From positions 48,754 to 95,658 of the forward strand of contig JAYPJE010000002.1 of assembly GCA_038128265.1 (NCBI GenBank): 46,905 nucleotides of DNA, given 5' to 3'. A program made the position numbers and the translations under genes. The notes below the pieces were generated by a model. The model did no database searches. It was not told the origin of the DNA and was given only the letters and a program-made list of their open reading frames with translations. Shown here piece by piece: positions 10,231 to 18,502 of the stretch (positions are counted from its first letter, which is position 1; the number at the start of each line of letters is the position of its first letter). The stretch is from Gemmatimonadota bacterium. GTDB taxonomy: Bacteria > Latescibacterota > UBA2968 > UBA8231.

Positions 10231-10704
10231 ATGGCGCAGGAGATCGAGCGGAAATTTCTCGTTGCCGATCGTTTGTTTCTGCGCGGCTTAGAGGGGATCG
10301 ACTGCACTCAGGGATACGTGCCGGGGCGGGCGCGCAGTGCGGTGCGCATTCGGACAAAGGGCCAGCGGGGGTTTTTGACGATAAAGAGTGCGACCCGGGG
10401 TATTGTGCGCAGCGAATTCGAGTACGAAATACCGCTGGTCGATGCGCAGGAGATGCTGGAGCTGTTCTGCGACAAACCGCTGATTGAAAAAACGCGCTAC
10501 GAGGTGCCCTTTGCGGGCGATGTATGGGAAGTCGACGTATTTGGCGGTCCCAACACCGGATTAGTGCTAGCCGAAATAGAGTTGGGAACGGCAGACCAAG
10601 TCTTTGAGAAGCCCCCTTGGTTAGGCGAAGAAGTTTCGCATGACGCGCGCTATTTCAACTCGCAGCTTGCGCGCAACCCCTACAGCTCGTGGAGAACGGC
10701 ATAA
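10231..10704 (+). CDS. CYTH-domain (triphosphate tunnel) protein
   Basis: N-terminal EIERKFL, RSEFEYEIP, IEKTRY, WEVDVF, LAEIEL. Start ATG 10231, 1 nt after the glcB stop. Confidence 0.92.
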   Translation: MAQEIERKFLVADRLFLRGLEGIDCTQGYVPGRARSAVRIRTKGQRGFLTIKSATRGIVRSEFEYEIPLVDAQEMLELFCDKPLIEKTRYEVPFAGDVWEVDVFGGPNTGLVLAEIELGTADQVFEKPPWLGEEVSHDARYFNSQLARNPYSSWRTA

Positions 10705-10719
10705 TCGCGCTTGTCTCGC

Positions 10720-11073
10720 TCAATGACTGAGCATATAGGCGCGTACGCGTTCAGCCCAATCCGCCGGCAGATCCTGCGTCGAACATACCTGAAAGACTTC
10801 GTCCTGGGTAGCATCTGTCCAGCGCAGGTGGGCCTGTGCGTCGTCAAAGCGGAGTGCGCCCTGGGCAAAGACCCGCTGCTGCTGCACTCCGCGGTGAGCC
10901 ATTGAGCGAAAATCCAACCTCTGCAGTGTTTTCCTATCGCCGTCGCAATAGAGCCAAAAAAATACGCCACCAGGGGGAGTATCGGCCGCTACGTCGCATT
11001 TTTTTACTTCGATCAGGCCGTTTGACGCATTCGAAAAATAGAATAGAACCTGGAATGTGGGATGCTGTGTCAT
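10720..11073 (-). CDS. Hypothetical protein
   Basis: 117-aa ATG ORF that fills the gap downstream of nadC on the same strand; globular composition; no recognised motif. Confidence 0.55.
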   Translation of the reverse strand: MTQHPTFQVLFYFSNASNGLIEVKKCDVAADTPPGGVFFWLYCDGDRKTLQRLDFRSMAHRGVQQQRVFAQGALRFDDAQAHLRWTDATQDEVFQVCSTQDLPADWAERVRAYMLSH

Positions 11074-11118
11074 GGGGGCGAGTGCATTTTGCTGGGTTTT
11101 GGTTTTGGAGGAAAGAGC

Positions 11119-12009
11119 TCAGTCGAATAGCAGGCTCAAATCAAGTGCGGGTGCCGAGTGCGTCAGCGAACCAATGGAAATGAGGTCGACGCCGGTTTGT
11201 GCTGCTCCCGGTGCGGTTTCCAATGTATAGCCTCCAGTCGCCTCTATTTCGATGGAGGCGCTAGCGCGGCGAATGCGCCCTACGGCCTGTCGCATAGTCT
11301 CGTTGTCCATGTTGTCTAGCATGATCCGCTGCGGGCTGAGGGGGATGAGGCTGTCCACTTCCGCTAGTGTCTCTGCTTCGACGAAAATAGGCACGCTGCG
11401 CCCGCTCTGGGCCGCGGCCGCCCGCGCCCGGCGCACGGCTTCGGCCACGCCTCCGCAGGCGGCGGCGTGATTTTCCTTTATGAGCACGGCATCGTGTAGG
11501 CCGATGCGGTGGTTTACGCCGCCTCCTTGGACGACGGCCCACTTTTGTAAATGGCGCCAGCCGGGCGTGGTTTTGCGGGTGTCAGTGATGCGCGCAGCGG
11601 TGCCGGCAATGGCATCGACAAAGCGGCGCGTATGGCTGGCTACGCCGGATAGCCTCTGCAAGAAGTTGAGAGCTGTTCGCTCGCCGCACAGCAACACGGT
11701 TGCCCGGCCCTGTAGACGAACGACTGTTTGGTTGGCTTCAACGTGTTGGCCATCGGTTGCTATAGTGGAGAAATGGGTCGTTGGCTCGAGGCGCGCAAAG
11801 GTCATCCGAGCCAGTTCTATGCCGGCTAGAACACCGGGGCTGCGTGCGACAATATGGGCGCTCGCCTGCGCGTCTTTGTCGAGTGTCCAAGCTGAGGTAA
11901 TGTCGTTTTGGAGGTCGATCGCGCCGCCTAGATCTTCGCTGAGTGCCCGGTCGACCAGAGATATACACTCGGTCCAATCAAAGGGGGTACACTGGTTTGC
12001 TGTAGTCAT
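11119..12009 (-). CDS. nadC: Nicotinate-nucleotide pyrophosphorylase (quinolinate phosphoribosyltransferase)
   Basis: ERTALNFLQRLSGVA, DTRKTTPG, NHRIGLHDAVLIKENH, IMLDNM, ISIGSLTHSA. Confidence 0.97.
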   Translation of the reverse strand: MTTANQCTPFDWTECISLVDRALSEDLGGAIDLQNDITSAWTLDKDAQASAHIVARSPGVLAGIELARMTFARLEPTTHFSTIATDGQHVEANQTVVRLQGRATVLLCGERTALNFLQRLSGVASHTRRFVDAIAGTAARITDTRKTTPGWRHLQKWAVVQGGGVNHRIGLHDAVLIKENHAAACGGVAEAVRRARAAAAQSGRSVPIFVEAETLAEVDSLIPLSPQRIMLDNMDNETMRQAVGRIRRASASIEIEATGGYTLETAPGAAQTGVDLISIGSLTHSAPALDLSLLFD

Positions 12010-12257
12010 AGTTGGTCTCGGAAACGGTGGGGGTATAGTGCTCCAAAATGAGAAATAGCTACAAGCAGCTATTTTGAAAAGAACTTGATGCGAGAAGGCA
12101 ATTGCGTCAATTGATTGGTCTAGGCGGGCGGGATGAGCAGAGTATTGGGCGGGGTAGACAGCGGCTGAGTGCAGGGCTATTATTCAAGGCGCGCTGTGCT
12201 GTAGGTGAGAAAAAGTGCTAAGCTGTGCGACGAGTGAACAGCCGAAGAAAGAGGCGC

Positions 12258-14435
12258 ATGCAACACGAACATAGGACAATGTACGGATGGGCTGAGATCG
12301 AGCCAGCGGGACAAGTCGTCGCTGGCAGCACGTCTTCGTTTGCGCTGACTTATCACGTCGGGCGCTACGGCATAGATGATGGAGGAACGCTGAAAGTTTG
12401 TGTGCGCTTTGCTTCCGATTGGGGCTATCCGCAGTTTGACGATCCTCAGGCACCAAACTACGCCACAGTTGAGACGAGCGGGCCGGGGAAAATACGCTAT
12501 CGCTTTGATCTGAAGGGCTATATCCGTCCGTTCCAAAAGTGTTTAGTGGTCGATGTAGAGCAGTGGGCGTTAGCCGAGGGCGATATTATACGCATCGTCT
12601 ACGGCGATCGTTCGGCGGGTTCGCCCGGTACGGTCGTGCAGACCTTTCGCGAATATCGATTTCAGTACAAAGTGGCCGTCGATTGCTTTGGAACAGGCCA
12701 GTTTGTCGAATTGGCGTCTCACCCCGAATTGGAGATTGTGCCCGACCGCGCAGCCAAACTCGTGCTGGTCGCACCGAGCCAGGTGGGTGCTGACGATGCG
12801 TTTTCCGTTGGGATCAAGTTGGAAGATGCCTGGGGGAATCCAGCGGAGGGGTTCTGCGGCGAGGTTATCATAGACAATGCCGATGACTTTATCGGCTTGC
12901 CCGAGCGCTGCGTATTTGATGCCAACCATAGGGGCGTGCGGCGCTTGGAAGGCGTGCGCTGTCGCCGACCTGGGACGTGGCGCGTGCGCGCGCATAGTGG
13001 AGATATGCGCGCCGAGAGCAATCCGCTTGATTGCATACCCGCGACCGATGCGCTGCGGCCTTTCTGGGGCGATCTGCACGGCCAGAGCGGAGAGACCGTA
13101 GGCACCAATTCGGTTGAAGAATATTTTCGTTTTGCCCGCGACGTAGCGTTGCTCGACTTTGCCGGTCATCAGGGCAACGACTTTCAAATTACGTCTGAAA
13201 CATGGGCAGAAATCGGACGCTGCGCGCACGCATTTTACGAGAACGGACGCTTCGTGTGTTTTCCCGGCTACGAATGGTCGGCGAACACGCCGGCCGGGGG
13301 AGACCGCAATGTCTACTACCTGCATGATGGCGAAGATATCTATCGCACGAGCCACTGGCAGGTGGCCGATCGTTCAGATGCCGATGCGGACTGCTATCCG
13401 GTGAGCCATCTCTTTGATCGGCTACGCAATAAGCAGGCGATTGTCGTTCCGCACATAGGCGGTCGTCCGGCCAATCTGCGTTTCCACGATCCGGAGCTGG
13501 AGCCCGTTATTGAAATTTACTCTGCGTGGGGTCAGTTTGAATGGCTGCTGCGCGAGGCTATTGAGCGCGGCTATAAGGTGGGATTTGTCGCCGGTAGCGA
13601 CGATCACAAAGGGCGCCCCGGGGCCAGCTACCCGGGTTCCTCGTCCTTTGGTGTCTACGGGGGATTAACCTGCGTGCTGGCAAGCGAGCTGAGCCGAGAG
13701 GGCATATGGGAAGCGCTCAAGGCGCGCCGCTGTTACGCGACGAGCGGTCAACGCATTGCACTGGACGTGCGCGCCGACGGGCATCGGATGGGAGCGGAGT
13801 TCCGCGCCGAGAGTCTGCCGCGCATGGATGTCCGCGCCGACGGGACAGCGGCTATCGAAGAAGTGCGCATCATGCGTGGCTTAGAGACGGTTTACCGTTA
13901 TCCAGAAGTCATGCCGCGCGACCGCAGTCGCCTGCGCGTCAAGTGGAGCGGTGCCCTGATTCGCGGCCGCGCGCGCATCGCGCGCTGGGATGGCCAACTG
14001 TCGCTGCGCAATGGACGCATAAGGGCGGTTGAACCCTTTGCCTTTGACAGCGCTGCCGAATATGTAGAGCGCTGGGACGAGCAGGGCGTTTCGTGGAAGT
14101 CGGTAACCTCGGGCGACGAAGACGGGCTGATTCTCGACGTTGACCTGCAGGCGGGAGCCGAACTGCACTTTGCAGCGCCACCGGCCGAGTTTGTCCTAGC
14201 GCTTGACGGGCTGGGCGATGGCGTGCACTGCGTGGAAGCGGGTGGAGAAGAACTGCGCGTAGAGGTCGAGTTTTTGCCGTTGGGAGTGGGCGATGCACAC
14301 TGCGCCTTTAACTGGATCGACGAGGCGCCGTTAGTCGGGTGCACGCCCTATTACGTGCGCCTAACTCAGGTTGACGGCGCGCGTGCCTGGAGCAGTCCGT
14401 TTTACATACACTGCGAGCAATCAAGCACATGTTGA
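12258..14435 (+). CDS. DUF3604-like (PHP-fold) metal-dependent hydrolase
   Basis: FWGDLHGQS, FPGYEWS, GGDRNVY, PH-x-GGR, GFVAGSDDH-x-GRPG, RRCYATSG, YYVR...AWSSP. Start ATG 12258 after GAGG. Confidence 0.8.
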   Translation: MQHEHRTMYGWAEIEPAGQVVAGSTSSFALTYHVGRYGIDDGGTLKVCVRFASDWGYPQFDDPQAPNYATVETSGPGKIRYRFDLKGYIRPFQKCLVVDVEQWALAEGDIIRIVYGDRSAGSPGTVVQTFREYRFQYKVAVDCFGTGQFVELASHPELEIVPDRAAKLVLVAPSQVGADDAFSVGIKLEDAWGNPAEGFCGEVIIDNADDFIGLPERCVFDANHRGVRRLEGVRCRRPGTWRVRAHSGDMRAESNPLDCIPATDALRPFWGDLHGQSGETVGTNSVEEYFRFARDVALLDFAGHQGNDFQITSETWAEIGRCAHAFYENGRFVCFPGYEWSANTPAGGDRNVYYLHDGEDIYRTSHWQVADRSDADADCYPVSHLFDRLRNKQAIVVPHIGGRPANLRFHDPELEPVIEIYSAWGQFEWLLREAIERGYKVGFVAGSDDHKGRPGASYPGSSSFGVYGGLTCVLASELSREGIWEALKARRCYATSGQRIALDVRADGHRMGAEFRAESLPRMDVRADGTAAIEEVRIMRGLETVYRYPEVMPRDRSRLRVKWSGALIRGRARIARWDGQLSLRNGRIRAVEPFAFDSAAEYVERWDEQGVSWKSVTSGDEDGLILDVDLQAGAELHFAAPPAEFVLALDGLGDGVHCVEAGGEELRVEVEFLPLGVGDAHCAFNWIDEAPLVGCTPYYVRLTQVDGARAWSSPFYIHCEQSSTC

Positions 14436-16153
14436 CGCTGGCACACGTAACGCACGAAGCGGTGCACCAGGCGGGGGGTATTGGCACGGTGCTGCGCGGT
14501 TTGATCACGGCCGATGCCTACGCAGACGCGGTGCATCGAACGCTGCTTATCGGCCCCGTCGCGGGGGATGACGAGCAGCCGCTGGGCAGCGATGGCGAGG
14601 TTCTATATGACCGGCGGGCGGGAGTTCAGACGGCTGAAGTGAGTGCGCTGCTCGAGCCCATTGAGGCTCACTACGGCACGCGATTGGTCTATGGAAGACG
14701 GCGCCTGACTCACGAGGACAAGGCGTGTTGGGTCGAGGTGCTGTTGGTCGATGTAAGCAGTGCGCCGCGTGGCCTCGATGACTTTAAATACTACCTTGCT
14801 CAGTCATTTGGTATTGACTCGCGGCGATACGAGCACGAGTCGGAATACGAGCACTACCTGCGCCTGGCCGAGCCGGGGTATGCCGCGCTAGACGCACTCT
14901 GCAGTAGAGGGGATGGTGCCTGCCATATTGTCGCCCACGAATTTATGGGGCTGGCCCTGGCCTATAAGGCGATTCTACAGGACGATAAACGCTACAAAAC
15001 CATGTTCTATGCGCACGAAGTCGCCACGGTGCGTCCACTCATAGAGGGGGGAGAGGGGCGCGATATCGCCTTTTATAACGCGCTGCGCCGCGGCCGTGCG
15101 GAGGGTGCCTATATAGAGGATTATTTCGGATCACAGGACGGCTATTTCAAACATGCCCTAGTGCGCCAGGCGTGGCGCTGTGATGCGGTGCTGGCCGTTG
15201 GGGATCTCGTTGTCGACGAACTGCGCTTTCTCGGTCCGGAATACGCCAAACGGGCTATTGACTTGGTCTATAACGGCGTGCCTGCACAGCAGCTGAATCG
15301 CTCAGAAAAAAAAGATGCCGGCGATCGTTTGAAAGGGGTATGCGAAGGGCTGATGGGATGGAGGCCGGAGTGGGTCTTTACCCACGTTACGCGTCTGGTG
15401 CGCAGCAAAGGCTTGTGGCGCGATTTACTCGTATTAGACCACTTGGATGAGGCCTTGGCCGCACGGCGCGAGCGCGCCGTTTTTATTGCGCTGAGTTCGG
15501 AGGTTGGGCGTCGTAGCGGAGATGCAGTGCGTTCAATGGCTGGCGAATACGGGTGGCCTCTCGTGCATAGGGAAGGGGGCACTGATCTGAGTCCTGGTGA
15601 ATTGGATTTTGACCTGCTGGTTCGCGCCTTTAACGCGCGTTCGCGTGCGGTGCGGGTCCTTTTTGTCAACCAATTTGGCTGGGATCGCGCCAGCTGTGGA
15701 GAGTGGATGCCGGAGGATATGCATTTTGCCGATCTGCGCCGCGGCAGTGATGTAGAGTTTGGCCAGTCGATTTACGAACCTTTTGGCATCGCGCAGGTGG
15801 AACCGCTTAGCTATGGCGCGTTGAGCGTAGTGAGCGACGTCTGCGGCTGCGTAGGGTTTGTCGAGCGTAGCAAACCTGTTAAAGAAGCGTTTGATGGTTT
15901 GTTGGTGGGCGCGTACACGGATACGGGTTCGGTCCAAATTGCACCCTCTCCCGAAGCAATAAGCGCCCAATTTGTTGCGGATAATGAGCGGCGCCAGAGC
16001 CGTATCGTCGCCGCTGAATTAGATGTGGCTCTTAGGAGGGGATGCGATCACCCCGAAGATAGGCTGCGACTGGGTTTTGCCACAGCTTCCTCTATGAGTT
16101 GGGAACGCGTCGCTGCCGATTGGCTCGCTCCCGTGCTAGCGCGCTTGGCCTAG
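14429..16153 (+). CDS. GT-B glycosyltransferase, glycogen-synthase (GT3)-like
   Basis: N-terminal HEAVHQAGGIGTVL, AHEFM, HEVAT, VYNG, and EX7E motif YEPFGIAQVE. Confidence 0.7.
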   Translation: MLTLAHVTHEAVHQAGGIGTVLRGLITADAYADAVHRTLLIGPVAGDDEQPLGSDGEVLYDRRAGVQTAEVSALLEPIEAHYGTRLVYGRRRLTHEDKACWVEVLLVDVSSAPRGLDDFKYYLAQSFGIDSRRYEHESEYEHYLRLAEPGYAALDALCSRGDGACHIVAHEFMGLALAYKAILQDDKRYKTMFYAHEVATVRPLIEGGEGRDIAFYNALRRGRAEGAYIEDYFGSQDGYFKHALVRQAWRCDAVLAVGDLVVDELRFLGPEYAKRAIDLVYNGVPAQQLNRSEKKDAGDRLKGVCEGLMGWRPEWVFTHVTRLVRSKGLWRDLLVLDHLDEALAARRERAVFIALSSEVGRRSGDAVRSMAGEYGWPLVHREGGTDLSPGELDFDLLVRAFNARSRAVRVLFVNQFGWDRASCGEWMPEDMHFADLRRGSDVEFGQSIYEPFGIAQVEPLSYGALSVVSDVCGCVGFVERSKPVKEAFDGLLVGAYTDTGSVQIAPSPEAISAQFVADNERRQSRIVAAELDVALRRGCDHPEDRLRLGFATASSMSWERVAADWLAPVLARLA

Positions 16154-16238
16154 GCAGAGCGGTATACGGCACGCGTTGGGTGCTCGGTAAAGGGGGATAT
16201 GGTTGACGCAGGTGTATTGGAGAAAGCGGCGGGGTCGT

Positions 16239-16622
16239 CTAAAGCTCGCTGAGGGGGTCGGCGGAAAGTATCTCGCGCACTCGGGTCAGCAGCAGATCGC
16301 TCTGGATGGGCTTTTTAATCACCGCGTAGACGCAGCCGGGCTGGTGAACCGTTAGGTCTTCGTCGACCCAACCAGACACGACAATAATGGGCACCTGATC
16401 GCCCTGGTCGCGAATCATGTAGAGAAATTCTTCGCCATCGAACTGCCCAGGCATGTGCAAATCCAGCAGAATGAGATCATAGCTGTTTTCGCGCAAGGTC
16501 TGCAGTGCGGCCTCGGCGTTGTCGACTTCTTCGGCATGAAAGCCGGCCGTGCTGAGAATGCGCACCAGGAGTTCGCGAATCGCAGCCTCATCTTCAATGA
16601 TGAGTATTTTTTTGTCTTCCAT
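16239..16622 (-). CDS. Stand-alone response regulator receiver protein
   Basis: ILIIEDE, DLILLDLHMP (phospho-acceptor Asp), IIVVSG, IKKP; no output domain. Start ATG 16622. Confidence 0.9.
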   Translation of the reverse strand: MEDKKILIIEDEAAIRELLVRILSTAGFHAEEVDNAEAALQTLRENSYDLILLDLHMPGQFDGEEFLYMIRDQGDQVPIIVVSGWVDEDLTVHQPGCVYAVIKKPIQSDLLLTRVREILSADPLSEL

Positions 16623-16688
16623 TCGGTACGCCCCGTCTCCTTCCAAGGCGGTAAGATAGACTACTTATGGCCTTGGGGCAATCAATTT

Positions 16689-18347
16689 CTACTGGGTGGG
16701 GGGCGCATCGGAAGCACAGCGAAACCCCAAGGAATTATCTCCGTTGTCCGGGACAAAGGCAAAGCGCACAGTAGTCGTAAGCACTTCCTGCGGCACGCCG
16801 AGTTTCCAACTGGCGCCGCGCACTACGCGCAGCGTGCCGTCTGCAGGCCCTGGAGGGTTACTCGCCGGGCTGTTGGCATAGTAGTCTGCTGCATAAAAAT
16901 CGCCCGTCCACTCTTGGACATTGCCGGCCATATTGTGCAGTCCAAAGTAGCTAGCGCCAAGCGGGTAAGTGCCAACCGGAGTCGTCGTGCCAATGGCATT
17001 GTTATAGTTGAGCAGTTCGCGATTGGGGGCATCTTCACCCCACGGATACCTTCGGCCATCTTCTCCGCGCGCGGCCCGTTCCCATTCAGCTTCTGAAGGT
17101 AGGCGTTTGCCAGACCACAGGCAGTAGGTGGCTGCTTGCTGCCAATTAACGCAGTTAATTGGATGGTCGGCGCGATCGGCGCGCGTCGAGTTGCAGCCCG
17201 CTGTAGCCGCTGCCGGTCCGCAGGTGCCCGTATCGACACAGGCCTGGTATTGTGCGGCGGTCACTTCGTACTTGTCTATCCAATAACTGCTCAATTCGAC
17301 GCGATGTTCCGGGCCTTCGTCGGGTGCTCCAGTAGAGGAGCCCATGATAAAAGCCCCCGCTGGTACTTCGATCATACCTCCCTGTTCGGTGAAGACGCGT
17401 TCGAGTACGGTAATAGTGACGACGTCTTGCAGCGAGGTGAGACTGCCGTCGGAAACAGATAGGCCAAAGACGTATTCCCCAGGCAGTTCGGCGACAAAGC
17501 TGGGCTGGACTGCTGCGGTATCGGAAAGGGCTACGGTTCCACCTGGAACGCGGCCTATGCTCCAGTGGTAGCGCAGGTCAAATACATCGCCGTCGGGGTC
17601 GCTGCTCCCGCTGCCGTCCAATACGACGAGAGAGCCCTGCGCGACCTGTTGGTCTTCTCCCGCGTCGGCAATAGGCGGCAAGTTGCTCGACGCGCGCACT
17701 AGAATGACAACTTCGTCTTCATCGCTTAATTCGCCGTCGCTGACCCGCAGGCGAAAGCGATATTCGCCCACGGCGATGGCGATAAAGTTAGTTTGCACTG
17801 CCGTTGAATCGGCTAATTGGACGCTGTCCGGTGCCGCGATAACGGACCAGCTATAGGTCAGCGCATCGCCATTGGGGTCGCTGCTGTTCAGCGCGGACAG
17901 TGGCACGGCGGCGCCGGCCCCTATCACTAGATCGGGACCGGCATCGGCTACCGGAGGACGATTGCCGCTGCTGACAGCCGTGACGCGAACGGAGTCGGGA
18001 AAGCTGGTGGTGTCGCCGTCGGATACCACCAGAATAAAGGTGTAGGTGCCGGCAACGGTGGGTGTGAATTGGAAGCTAATCTGGTCGTCTGGTGAGATGA
18101 CTACCGGTGTCCGGTCCTCATCGGCCTGATCCCAGCTGTAGGTTAGCGCATTGCCGTCGGGGTCACTGCTTTCGGCTGCGCTGAGCGTCACGCGCGCTTG
18201 CGTGGCAACCTGCTGGTCTTCGCCAGCGTCTGCGATGGGGCGCTCGTTGGGTGCGGGCGGCGCCGGAGGGGCACTGCACGCAGCGGCCCACATCGCAAAG
18301 CATGCGCATAGTACGAGGCGCATCGGAGAAAATAGACGTCTATTCAT
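16689..18347 (-). CDS. Lipoprotein with three PKD/Ig-like repeats and a C-terminal FGE-sulfatase (SUMF1-like) domain
   Basis: Signal peptide with AAAC lipobox and Pro-rich linker; 3x N-x-P-x-ADAG-x-D...SSDPDG; FIMG, EVT, P-x-x-x-V-x-W, RLPSEAEWE-x-AARG, MAGNVQEW, LGFRCA. Confidence 0.85.
   Translation of the reverse strand: MNRRLFSPMRLVLCACFAMWAAACSAPPAPPAPNERPIADAGEDQQVATQARVTLSAAESSDPDGNALTYSWDQADEDRTPVVISPDDQISFQFTPTVAGTYTFILVVSDGDTTSFPDSVRVTAVSSGNRPPVADAGPDLVIGAGAAVPLSALNSSDPNGDALTYSWSVIAAPDSVQLADSTAVQTNFIAIAVGEYRFRLRVSDGELSDEDEVVILVRASSNLPPIADAGEDQQVAQGSLVVLDGSGSSDPDGDVFDLRYHWSIGRVPGGTVALSDTAAVQPSFVAELPGEYVFGLSVSDGSLTSLQDVVTITVLERVFTEQGGMIEVPAGAFIMGSSTGAPDEGPEHRVELSSYWIDKYEVTAAQYQACVDTGTCGPAAATAGCNSTRADRADHPINCVNWQQAATYCLWSGKRLPSEAEWERAARGEDGRRYPWGEDAPNRELLNYNNAIGTTTPVGTYPLGASYFGLHNMAGNVQEWTGDFYAADYYANSPASNPPGPADGTLRVVRGASWKLGVPQEVLTTTVRFAFVPDNGDNSLGFRCASDAPPTQ
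17410..18248 (-). repeat. Three tandem ~95-aa PKD/Ig-like protein repeats
   Basis: NERPIADAGEDQQV..SSDPDGNALTYSW / NRPPVADAGPDLVI..SSDPNGDALTYSW / NLPPIADAGEDQQV..SSDPDGDVFDLRYHW. Boundaries approximate. Confidence 0.8.
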
Positions 18348-18502
18348 GAGCGCACATTCGCGTATTGTACTCGGGAAGGGGCAAAGCGGGGCATGGGGGT
18401 TTCCCAATAATAAAAGTATGGCTGCCGACTGTCAATCTGGCGCGTCATTGGCATGACAAAAGAAGGGGTGAGAATTATATTGGTCCGGGAGGTTCAACGT
18501 TT

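Noticed and set aside
16689..16850. FGE/C-type-lectin-fold C-terminus as a diversity-generating retroelement target
   Set aside because: I saw no template repeat or reverse transcriptase in the window; remote targeting cannot be excluded.
18365..18502. Extended N-termini from the ORF track (also 26590, 28895, 29805, 30926, 40205, 41811, 43063)
   Set aside because: The extensions overlap neighbouring genes or promoters. Downstream starts fit better with RBSs, stop/start overlaps or domain boundaries.
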